21,295 nucleotides of DNA from a virus (IMGVR_UViG_3300020046_006452:1-21295); one strand, 5' to 3'; numbered from the stretch's first letter, positions 7,248-15,271 are shown. Numbers and translations are program-made. Notes: generated by a model from the letters alone, not told the origin.

Positions 7248-10200
7248 CTAGCAGTTTATGCAGCTGAAACCGTCCTTGCGATTGATGTTGATGATATTAT
7301 CCACCATATCCCTAACCACATCGATGTGTGAGATGATCAAACTGAATCGGAACACGTCCTTCATATAAGTGAATAGAGTGTGCATCGAGTTGAGGTTCGA
7401 GGAGTCAAGTACCCCCAAACCCTCATCAATAGCAATGAAGTCTGGTTTAGGTAGGTTTGTGGTCTTGATCAATGCAATCCGGATTGCTAGAGAGGCTACA
7501 AATCGCTCCATTCCGGAAGCTAACTCCAACGGCCAGCGGCCGCTATCATAGCCAATGAATGCATTGATATTCTTGCCGTCAGTCTCAAGTATTACAGTGA
7601 AATCAACTACCTGGGAGAGTATGTTATTGACGTAGTTTTGAATGAATGGTACCGCGCGGCTGATCAAGGTGTAGGGGATTCCATCCTTGGATACAGCCTT
7701 ACAATAGGCTTCATATACAGTCAACTTGGTCAAGAGGTCATCCACATCCTTAAGGCTTCTTCTTGCTACATCCAGCTGATGAATACTAACTTGATTGCCT
7801 GCAAAGCAGGTGCTATAATCATGTAGCACCACTTTGAGCTTACTATTGAGACCTTGTAGAGAGGTATTGTGTTGGTTGATCTGATCAGCCAACTTGGCGT
7901 TGATCTTAAGCCTCTCCTCATCCACGTAGTAGTCCGCGATCTTGGTCTCAAGTTCTACCATAGACCTCTCTTGAAGCTGGCGAGTACTATCGCAGGTCTT
8001 CCATAAATTGTGAGCTAGCTCCACAGCACGCTTTGCTTCAACTACCTCCTGCTCAGCCTGTACAATCTGCACTTTCTGGTTTATGGTGCTCTGATTAAGT
8101 TCGATGAAGTGATCTAGGTGTTGCTGCTTCTCTTGTAGCGAGGTACCTGTCTTATAGTCCTCTTCCAGCTCAATCTTAGTGGCCATGGCATCCTTAACGA
8201 ACACGTTGTTAACGCAGTACGTGCAGTTAGGATCATACTCATGCTTACTTAGGTTCGCTAACTTAGCTAGCTTGTGATCCACACTTACTTTGAGAGCTGC
8301 TAGTAAGTTAGATATGCGTGTACTCTCTTGTTGATTGCTTTGACACTGCAGTAGGATTTCCTGGTTGAAGCCCTCCTGGATTTGTGAGAGTTGTTCTACT
8401 TGCTTGGTTTGATGAGCTTGAGCCTGATCGAGTGTGATTCTCTGTAGGTCAGCTTTGGACTTGAGAGATACTAGTAGCTGTTCTAGTTGTTGCTTCTTAC
8501 TGAGTAGATCCTCTATGTCTAACCCAGTATGCTTGACTGGGTGTACTTCCTTGTTGAGTTGATTGATCTGTGCTATCTCATCCTCAATGTCAACCTCAAG
8601 TTTATCTCGCTCAGCAGCTAACTGCTGTAGGGCTACTTGTGCAAGGTCGCGGACCTGCTCCTGCTCTCGAATCACAGCATCATAGTCTTGCTTTTGGTGC
8701 ACCTCCAATTGAGCAGTAATGCTTTTGACCTCCTTATTGGCTAGCTCAAACAGCAAATCAAAAGTAGCTAGATCTAGGAAGTTGGCGAGCAACTCCTTTC
8801 GTTCACCTTGGGTCTTCTCAACGAAGTTGGAGCTGTTACCCTGCATCGATAATGCAGTCAATACAAAGTCATCAAAGGTACCCACGTAGCTTTGTATGAT
8901 CCTATCGGTATCGCGACGTTGCTCACCATTCAACGATACTGTTTCACCCTCCTGATTAACATAGGAGAAGTCAATATCGACACGCAACCTCCCAGCCAAT
9001 GGACCTTTTTTGTACCGAGAGGCTTGCTTGTGTATGGTGTACAAACATCCATCCAACTCGAATGTGAACTTACAGCTAAACCAGTCCTTCTTGTTATTAA
9101 GTACTTGATCAGCCTTACTGGCACGAGATGTATAGTCAAACAAGCAAAAGCATAGAGCGTCTAGGATGGCTGACTTGCCAGTGTGGTTGGGTGCAAATAA
9201 ACCACAAGTACCGTTTAGCTTCTCGAAGTCTATCACATTACCCTCTCCATAGGAGAACATATTGGAAAACTCAAAGTGCTTTGGTTTCCACACTACTCCT
9301 CTAGCTACCTCAGCGTGGTTAAGTTGTGAGTTTAGCTGATCACTTATTGCTAGAACTTGACTGAGGGTGAGAGGATCGATGTTCGAATCCTTATAGTAGT
9401 CTGCTATCAGCTGACGCTGAATCTGAGGATTGCGGATATCTCCTTGATAGATGCCAGATTCGATCTGATCAGAGGTACTACCTCCACCTATACGATCTAG
9501 GTCATTAACCGCTACCTCAACTACTCCATATTCCTTACGTAGAGTAGCAAGTATGTCTTTGAGTTGGTTAGATGAAGTACCCTTTATTCGCAACCTGACA
9601 TTAGTCTTGGCTGAGATAGGGAGACCTTTGGGTAGAACACCACCCTCTACGTCGATGGTATAGAAGCTGTACTGATTAGGTATGTCATGGAAAGTTACCT
9701 TATAGTCTTTAAGGTCAAGGAAAGCGTAGCCATGACCTTCAAATGACTCTCCAAAACTCTGTTGGAGGAGGCTCCCGGGATAGAATACTAGCGGATCAGA
9801 GGATACTAGTATCTGCCTCTTGTGTATATCACCCAGCAACACTAGATCAAATCCAGCAAAGGTATCCCAATCCAGTCCATGAGATATCACTAGACCACTA
9901 TCGACAGCACTATTAGCGATAGTACCGTGATACATTGCCACCTTCTTGTAGTTCTCATCATATCCCTCAGCCTCTAGTTTATCTGCGGTTGAGTACTTAC
10001 TAGGTGGATCTAGCAGTGACATTACACTAATAGCTAGATCTCCAATACAGTATACTCCAGAATCACGTAAGTAGAATACGTTAGGGTGCTTAAGAGCCTC
10101 CAGTATTGGAGTTAGTGCATCTAGTCTGTGATTGTTGTTGAGATTGGTGTCATGATTTCCAGCGATCACTATGGTGGGTACTCGATTACCAAGTTGCTCA

Positions 10201-10430
10201 AAGAACCCAGTAACCATGCTAATTAGCTCCGGACTCATGTCGGTCTTAGCATGCACAATATCACCTCCAACGGTGACAATGCTGTTAGGAGGAAGTTGAT
10301 CGACAGCTAGGTATAGCTTTTCGAACACCTCCTTATACTCCTTGTGACGCTTCCAGTTTCTGATGTGGATATCAGCCACATGGAGGATGTAATCCACTTT
10401 CTTAAGCTCACTTGCAATCCCATTTATCAT
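7248..10430 (-). CDS. Single-chain Mre11-Rad50 (SbcD-SbcC, T4 gp47-gp46-like) recombination nuclease-ATPase fusion
   Basis: Metallophosphoesterase motifs ADIH, GGDIVH, AGNHD, GDIH, YPGS. ABC-ATPase motifs: Walker A APNHTGKS, Q-loop SMQG, coiled coil with CTYC zinc hook, signature ASGME, Walker B/D-loop IAIDEGLGVLD, H-loop IISH. One uninterrupted 1060-aa frame. Confidence 0.95.
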   Translation of the reverse strand: MINGIASELKKVDYILHVADIHIRNWKRHKEYKEVFEKLYLAVDQLPPNSIVTVGGDIVHAKTDMSPELISMVTGFFEQLGNRVPTIVIAGNHDTNLNNNHRLDALTPILEALKHPNVFYLRDSGVYCIGDLAISVMSLLDPPSKYSTADKLEAEGYDENYKKVAMYHGTIANSAVDSGLVISHGLDWDTFAGFDLVLLGDIHKRQILVSSDPLVFYPGSLLQQSFGESFEGHGYAFLDLKDYKVTFHDIPNQYSFYTIDVEGGVLPKGLPISAKTNVRLRIKGTSSNQLKDILATLRKEYGVVEVAVNDLDRIGGGSTSDQIESGIYQGDIRNPQIQRQLIADYYKDSNIDPLTLSQVLAISDQLNSQLNHAEVARGVVWKPKHFEFSNMFSYGEGNVIDFEKLNGTCGLFAPNHTGKSAILDALCFCLFDYTSRASKADQVLNNKKDWFSCKFTFELDGCLYTIHKQASRYKKGPLAGRLRVDIDFSYVNQEGETVSLNGEQRRDTDRIIQSYVGTFDDFVLTALSMQGNSSNFVEKTQGERKELLANFLDLATFDLLFELANKEVKSITAQLEVHQKQDYDAVIREQEQVRDLAQVALQQLAAERDKLEVDIEDEIAQINQLNKEVHPVKHTGLDIEDLLSKKQQLEQLLVSLKSKADLQRITLDQAQAHQTKQVEQLSQIQEGFNQEILLQCQSNQQESTRISNLLAALKVSVDHKLAKLANLSKHEYDPNCTYCVNNVFVKDAMATKIELEEDYKTGTSLQEKQQHLDHFIELNQSTINQKVQIVQAEQEVVEAKRAVELAHNLWKTCDSTRQLQERSMVELETKIADYYVDEERLKINAKLADQINQHNTSLQGLNSKLKVVLHDYSTCFAGNQVSIHQLDVARRSLKDVDDLLTKLTVYEAYCKAVSKDGIPYTLISRAVPFIQNYVNNILSQVVDFTVILETDGKNINAFIGYDSGRWPLELASGMERFVASLAIRIALIKTTNLPKPDFIAIDEGLGVLDSSNLNSMHTLFTYMKDVFRFSLIISHIDVVRDMVDNIININRKDGFSCINC

Positions 10431-10463
10431 TCTCTCATTACCTTTTCCTCTGATTCGAGGGTG

Positions 10464-10492
10464 AAGTTAGTTGATTTTTACCAGAAGGTCAA
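10464..10492 (-). promoter_or_regulatory. sigma70-like promoter for the Mre11-Rad50 gene
   Basis: TTGACC (10492-10487), 17-nt spacer, TAACTT (10469-10464). The -35 box overlaps the primase stop codon and the -10 box ends 33 nt before the ATG. Confidence 0.55.
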
Positions 10493-11421
10493 CTAACATA
10501 CTGATTTAAGTTGATCTTAAGCCTGATCAGATCACCAAAGTCTACCACCGGTGCGTTTTGCAGCGCTTGAACCATCTGCTGATAGCCCAACTCGCTCGGA
10601 TCCTTACCTTGTAGCTTTACATGCCGCACCGTTATACCATGATTGATAAAGTACTCCATATAAGCTAGAGATGCTTTGAATGCATCTTGATCTAATGCCA
10701 GGTACACCTCCTTAGATTTGGTGGTGATCTTGGCCTTAAGGGAGGGTTGAATGATCTTGCCAAACAGAGGTATGGCATTGCGTTTGGTAGCAATAGCATC
10801 AAACACTCCCTCAACTAGTACTACGGGTTCTGACCAATTGATCTGGTTCTCAAAGCCTATAATGTCCTTGAGTACTGGTGGATTCTTGTGTACACCAACC
10901 TCACGATAAAAGCTCCTTCCAGAGAAGAAGTTTAGCTTGTTGTTGCTATCGTAGCTTGGTATTATCAACATACCACTATAAGGCCCCTTGTCACAGAAAC
11001 CAACACGATACCTCAAAATGTCGATGGCCGTTAGCCCTCGCTCAACCATGGCATAATGAATGGCATGTCTGTAGCTTGGAGTATCCTGGGGTATGTGTAG
11101 AGGTTGATAGTCCTCAGGTAGAGATACCAACTCTCGATCGTATTTGGGATTGGAGTCCCATCGCCGATCACCAACCAACCGCTTAACATCATAGACAACT
11201 TGAATAGAAGCTCCACTCTTTCTTAGTAGAGTTCCAATCGAGTTTCCTTTGGCATCGCAGACCCAACAGTGCCACTTTTGTGTACCATAGTTAACCTGCA
11301 ACTTACGCTTGTAGTGGTTACAGAACGGACAATAGTAGCTTACTTCCTCGTGGCGCATTGCAATACCACTTCCTAAGTGCTGATCTACGATCTGCCTTAC
11401 TTGAGCCAACTCCACAGTCAT
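10489..11421 (-). CDS. dnaG: DnaG-type DNA primase (Zn-binding domain plus TOPRIM)
   Basis: CPFCNH...HCWVC zinc ribbon; TOPRIM motifs LVEGVFDA and LALDQDA; KDPSE. Start reassigned to the ATG at 11421 (MTVELAQ) instead of the GTG at 11448. Confidence 0.92.
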   Translation of the reverse strand: MTVELAQVRQIVDQHLGSGIAMRHEEVSYYCPFCNHYKRKLQVNYGTQKWHCWVCDAKGNSIGTLLRKSGASIQVVYDVKRLVGDRRWDSNPKYDRELVSLPEDYQPLHIPQDTPSYRHAIHYAMVERGLTAIDILRYRVGFCDKGPYSGMLIIPSYDSNNKLNFFSGRSFYREVGVHKNPPVLKDIIGFENQINWSEPVVLVEGVFDAIATKRNAIPLFGKIIQPSLKAKITTKSKEVYLALDQDAFKASLAYMEYFINHGITVRHVKLQGKDPSELGYQQMVQALQNAPVVDFGDLIRLKINLNQYVS

Positions 11422-11427
11422 GTTGTG

Positions 11428-11456
11428 ACTATACACAGAAAAACTCACTCAGACAA
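11428..11456 (-). promoter_or_regulatory. sigma70-like promoter for primase, probably giving a leaderless mRNA
   Basis: TTGTCT (11456-11451), 17-nt spacer, TATAGT (11433-11428), then only 6 nt to the ATG at 11421. Confidence 0.6.
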
Positions 11457-11855
11457 CCACTGAGATGGTACTTGCTTATCTGCGTACTTGAAGCCATGTT
11501 TTACACACCAATCTGCGTAGGTAGTTTTAGACCCCTTTCTGATGCGATTGCGTGAGTTCTGGAACACAAATCGGATATCGATGTGGGGATGTTGCTGCTG
11601 GATCAGTAAGTGCTTCTTACGGTCCTCGATTACAAACCGGCCCTTGGTTTCCACAAAGATGCCGTTGGGTAGCTTAAAATCTGGAGTGTAGGTGTGATCA
11701 CTAACTGGTACCTGGTACTTGATCTGATGACACTCATACTCAGCTTCTACTCCACTTTCAGCTAGTTGTTGGTGAACTACGTCCTCTAGTCCGCTTCTAT
11801 AACCTCGTGTAACTGCAGACTGTCGTGTTGTTCTCTTTCTTCGGGACTTTACCAT
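11445..11855 (-). CDS. T7 endonuclease I-like Holliday junction resolvase
   Basis: GYRSGLED, YTPDFKLPNGIFVETKGRF (PD...ExK), DRKKHLLI, IDIRFVF, SKTTYADWC and VPSQWL are the motif set of the T7 gp3 family. Confidence 0.93.
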   Translation of the reverse strand: MVKSRRKRTTRQSAVTRGYRSGLEDVVHQQLAESGVEAEYECHQIKYQVPVSDHTYTPDFKLPNGIFVETKGRFVIEDRKKHLLIQQQHPHIDIRFVFQNSRNRIRKGSKTTYADWCVKHGFKYADKQVPSQWLSE

Positions 11856-13504
11856 TTGTCGTATCGCACTATGAAAGTGGTGTCTACGTTACTTGGTAGT
11901 TGAATTGGAGTGCTTAGTTTACCAACTGCAACTAGGTTGTGATCGCCATCATAGAGACCAATAGTTGTAACATAGGGCTTGAAACTAGAGCCAGTAGAGA
12001 AGGCCTTGAACTCAAACTGATTGGTGTTTGAATTATACCTTTGCAGAGTTCTATTGACACTTCTGTTGAATTCTCCTGGGTTTACAGTACATGATATCTC
12101 AGTCTCATAGATGGTCTGAGTGGCACGCACATCTACCTGATCTACTCTCATATACTTAGCCAAATTGGATGATAAGACTATCATACCATTAGTGTAGAAG
12201 GCATTGCCAACGAAGGTATTACCTACGTTCTGTGTACGATGTGACACTGTGACATCCGCTGGAGTGAATGCTCCTCGATACAGCTTAACGCTGTCGATGA
12301 TACCGTTGAATCCTCTTTGATTATCCCAGGAGTTTCCGATGTAGATGTTGGATTGGTTGGAGCAGTCTGCTGCTACTTCAACATCCGCTACATCACCTCC
12401 CACCTGAGTACCATTGACCCACAACTGGAGGAGTGAGCCTGTCTTGATTGCGGCGATGTGGTAATAGCTACCAACACTAGCTGCATTGGATGTTAACCTC
12501 ACTGATTCGTATAAGGCGTTTCGCTCAAATACAAATCGAGAGGCAGAGTAGTAGAGGTTGTATGGAGTCTTCTCTGCTACCCCTTCCACAAATAGATTGC
12601 CATTGAGATCAGTCTGCAGTCGTTGACTAGGTCCTGCCTTAGTAATGATTACACTACCTGAGGAGGAAGCTAAGTTCTGATCTGGTTTGACTAGTGCAGT
12701 GACTGTGAAGTCTCCATTCTCAAAATTCAGGAACTGGTAGTACTCTAAAGCCTCGGGGGCCCCCGCCTCGATGCGAGAGTTCTGACTAGCAGTAAAGAAG
12801 AAGCTAGTACCTACTAGATGCTGTATACTCGATGGATTGAGCTCAGCTGACCTAGTGGCTAGTAGATTGGTGTGCCTAGACTCTAAGGAGTAGAGGCCTC
12901 TGTTAAAGTCTGAGTGAAAGCTGACTGTCCCCTCTCCTAGATACTTGTACACTGAATCCGAAGGCCACTCACAGACCATCTGTTTTGATACTGAACCTGA
13001 GACTACTGATCCTAGTATCGAGATACCCCCACTAGGGTAGATGTTACCATATAGATCATCTACTAGAGTGTAGGCTGTAGAGCTGTAGGTAACAAACAGC
13101 TTAACGCTATCTTGTTGGATCGACTCACCGAACTTAGTCTGCGGGATGCTAATAGCCTTTGCCCTATCCTCTAGGAAGCGGTATTGGTAGTTGATGTTGC
13201 CACCACCAAAAGTTGCTCGGGTATTGGTGTAGAAGTCTCGGTAGTAGAGGTGATCTAGCGATCGGTGGACTACTCGCTGATACTGCCCATTTGAGGTGGT
13301 TGGCTCGGTGGCGGTTAGAGTCAGGTTACCCTGATCGAAGGTATCGTTGAGGGGATCACCATTGAGGTAGTAGGAACGGGGATTGTAGTCGGCCTCGTAG
13401 ATTGAGCTGCTCAGAAAACTACCAGTAAGCGAGATCAGTTTATGGGCTCGGAACGGTGTTAGTCTGATGTCAGACTTGTCAAGGCTTTTGAAGATCCCCG
13501 CCAT
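11849..13504 (-). CDS. Probable tail/baseplate protein with an inserted LamG (concanavalin A-like) domain; paralogue of 15239..16282
   Basis: LamG-like FTVTALVKP, YHIAAIKTGSLLQLWVNG, IYIG, FNGIIDSVKLY. C-terminal EFN...YVTTIGLYD...LVAVGKLSTP is shared with the 347-aa protein. Confidence 0.75.
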   Translation of the reverse strand: MAGIFKSLDKSDIRLTPFRAHKLISLTGSFLSSSIYEADYNPRSYYLNGDPLNDTFDQGNLTLTATEPTTSNGQYQRVVHRSLDHLYYRDFYTNTRATFGGGNINYQYRFLEDRAKAISIPQTKFGESIQQDSVKLFVTYSSTAYTLVDDLYGNIYPSGGISILGSVVSGSVSKQMVCEWPSDSVYKYLGEGTVSFHSDFNRGLYSLESRHTNLLATRSAELNPSSIQHLVGTSFFFTASQNSRIEAGAPEALEYYQFLNFENGDFTVTALVKPDQNLASSSGSVIITKAGPSQRLQTDLNGNLFVEGVAEKTPYNLYYSASRFVFERNALYESVRLTSNAASVGSYYHIAAIKTGSLLQLWVNGTQVGGDVADVEVAADCSNQSNIYIGNSWDNQRGFNGIIDSVKLYRGAFTPADVTVSHRTQNVGNTFVGNAFYTNGMIVLSSNLAKYMRVDQVDVRATQTIYETEISCTVNPGEFNRSVNRTLQRYNSNTNQFEFKAFSTGSSFKPYVTTIGLYDGDHNLVAVGKLSTPIQLPSNVDTTFIVRYDKW

Positions 13505-13515
13505 TTCATTGTGCG

Positions 13516-14370
13516 TTACTTCTTAATGTCTGCCAAATGCATTAGTAGTCTTGTACCATCCGGTGAGATGGTGGTACGGATTCTAGAAACAGCCAATTTA
13601 GCTCTAATCTTCTCTACTTCCCCCTTATCAGTCTTATCAGGGAACTCAAACACTACAACGTTTCCACTAGGTGTTCGATACCAACTAGACTCAAAAGCAT
13701 GTCGTTTCATAAAATCCTGCACGTCCTTTGTGTTTGGATCTAACTTACCACTTGGCTTTTCACTTCGCTCACCGGGACCTTTGGGTATCATTCTTGAAGC
13801 CCAGCGTAGAGTATCACTTGCTTCCTCTATATTCTTGTAGTCGTCGAATGCAGTCTCGTCACTACCGCTATCAATGTCAGATCGATCTTGGGTAGGTGCT
13901 GGATGCTTTTTCTGAAGCTTAGCTTTCAACTTTTCCCATGCTGTGTTGCGAGCGTTTGAGTCTTGTGGTGGCATCTGGTTGCTCATCCAGTAGACTACTG
14001 CTAGGATATCCTCTTTGGGATATTCCCACCACTTGCTGAGATCTGGTAGTTTGTTCATTGATGTGTGGGTTTCTCTTAGCCTACTCTCCTTCAATTGACT
14101 AATCTGCTGTATGGCCTTTGGTGTAGCTGTACGTACCTTAGTAGCACGAATGTAGGGGTCACCCCACTGCATACCTCCTCCCATCTCATAATTCCACTTT
14201 AAGCTTTTACCAATAGCTTTTGCGGTCTCTTTATCCGCACACGCGTAGATCTTACCTTCCCATTCTACCACGTAGATAGTTTGGCCCAGGGTAAATCCCT
14301 GAGCTTGGGCATACTCCTTTTCGGGGTTATACTCCTCCTTGATTACTGGTGTGTTGGGTTGCTTGTTCAT
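13516..14370 (-). CDS. Hypothetical charged modular protein, possible protease-processed internal head protein
   Basis: 284-aa K/E-rich ORF with its own ATACTTAT motif; (I/L)xE sites (VIKE, QLKE, RLRE, NIEE) fall between apparent modules. Confidence 0.65.
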   Translation of the reverse strand: MNKQPNTPVIKEEYNPEKEYAQAQGFTLGQTIYVVEWEGKIYACADKETAKAIGKSLKWNYEMGGGMQWGDPYIRATKVRTATPKAIQQISQLKESRLRETHTSMNKLPDLSKWWEYPKEDILAVVYWMSNQMPPQDSNARNTAWEKLKAKLQKKHPAPTQDRSDIDSGSDETAFDDYKNIEEASDTLRWASRMIPKGPGERSEKPSGKLDPNTKDVQDFMKRHAFESSWYRTPSGNVVVFEFPDKTDKGEVEKIRAKLAVSRIRTTISPDGTRLLMHLADIKK

Positions 14371-15169
14371 TCAATGCAGTAGCTAATCTAGCTATAAGTA
14401 TGCTGGGGTTTGATTTGAACTCTGATTCCCACACCCTAATCACCCTAAAACCTGCCTCCTCAGCCATAACGTCCTTAAGCCTGTCATTTGCTCTGGTGGA
14501 CTCTGTGCCGGTGTGATGGTATTTGGTCGAGGGATTACCATGCCAGTAATCTCCATCCAGTTCAACTAGAATCTTAGTATCTTTGATCTGGATGTCGTAT
14601 GATTTACAAGTACCATTGTGATTGAGAAAGAACTGGAACTTGTATGCTATGCTGTGTTGATCGAGCAGGTCACATGCTGCCTTTTCAAACTTATTCATGG
14701 TTTTGTGCTCAAAGATCTTCTTGATAGCTTCTGGAGTGTGGGTCTTTCCGTACATCCCATTTTTTTCTCCTACACCGAGCCCCTTTTCAAGTCTAGTTTG
14801 AGACATCCTTTTCTTTGATTCATCAGTATGTTTTTTTCCAAGCCTAGGATCCCAACCCTCCCCGCGGCGCTTTATTAGACCTTGACGAATCCTATCCTTA
14901 GCGATCCTAGTCAATTTAGCTCCCTTTCGGTGGGATTTATCACCAGTCCAAGTAGTTCTAATTGAGGTACTACAAACCCTACTACATGCCTTTTTTCGAG
15001 GTGATATAATGTTGGAGCATTCCACATATTCACATTTGTGGTAGTCGGGGAACAAGTCTAGGTTCGTGTTCACGTACTGTTGGAACGTGACCTTATGTAG
15101 CTTGAAGAGGTGGGCAGCTATGCCCTTTTCTCCAATGTACTTCTGACAATAGATGCAAAATCTCTCCAT
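14327..15169 (-). CDS. Vsr/DUF559-like (PD-(D/E)xK) homing endonuclease with Zn-finger and NUMOD3-like DNA-binding modules
   Basis: CIYC...H...H and CEYVEC...CSRVC Zn motifs; RLGKKHTDESKKRMS and GMYGKTHTPEAIKKI (NUMOD3-like); nuclease core NKFE...YDI...ILVELDGDYWHG...ND...GFRVIRVWE. Confidence 0.88.
   Translation of the reverse strand: MERFCIYCQKYIGEKGIAAHLFKLHKVTFQQYVNTNLDLFPDYHKCEYVECSNIISPRKKACSRVCSTSIRTTWTGDKSHRKGAKLTRIAKDRIRQGLIKRRGEGWDPRLGKKHTDESKKRMSQTRLEKGLGVGEKNGMYGKTHTPEAIKKIFEHKTMNKFEKAACDLLDQHSIAYKFQFFLNHNGTCKSYDIQIKDTKILVELDGDYWHGNPSTKYHHTGTESTRANDRLKDVMAEEAGFRVIRVWESEFKSNPSILIARLATALNEQATQHTSNQGGV
14394..14401 (-). promoter_or_regulatory. ATACTTAT motif, putative phage late promoter
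   Basis: gcATACTTAT inside the 3' end of the endonuclease ORF, ending 23 nt before the ATG at 14370. Confidence 0.55.
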
Positions 15170-15180
15170 ACTCTTTGGAT

Positions 15181-15188
15181 ATAAGTAT
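15181..15188 (-). promoter_or_regulatory. ATACTTAT motif, putative phage late promoter
   Basis: Intergenic, ending 11 nt before the endonuclease ATG at 15169. Confidence 0.6.
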
Positions 15189-15199
15189 GGGGTGAAGCT

Positions 15200-15271
15200 T
15201 CAAAAACTAAGCTCTAATTTGAATTTAACAAAGACTTCTCAAAAATCGAGCTTGACCTTCACAAGTGCCTC
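15200..15271 (-). repeat. Degenerate tandem duplication of the last codons of the 347-aa gene
   Basis: The gene ends EALVKVKLDF* (15271-15239) and is followed in frame by EVFVKFKLELSF* (15238-15200); both end TTT TGA. Confidence 0.5.

Noticed and set aside
1068-7250. Amber (TAG) recoding, as in some huge phages
   Set aside because: Four genes end in TAG (1074, 3465, 5012, 7248) at sensible C-termini, the next ATG follows out of frame or within a few bases, and the long ORFs have no in-frame TAG. The standard code fits.
7248-11421. Inteins or group I introns in primase or Mre11-Rad50
   Set aside because: Motif spacing is normal, there are no C...HN intein ends, and both endonuclease genes in the window are free-standing.
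11422-11448. GTG at 11448 as the primase start
   Set aside because: It lies inside the predicted -35/-10 spacer and overlaps the resolvase stop; the ATG at 11421 fits the promoter.
11858-11886. TAGACA-N17-TACGAC as a resolvase promoter
   Set aside because: The -10 box lacks the conserved final T and sits only 2 nt from the ATG; translational coupling explains the gene better.
14378-14395. TAGCT-AGATT-AGCTA hairpin upstream of the ATG at 14370
   Set aside because: Only a 5-bp AT-rich stem, too weak to call a regulatory structure or terminator.
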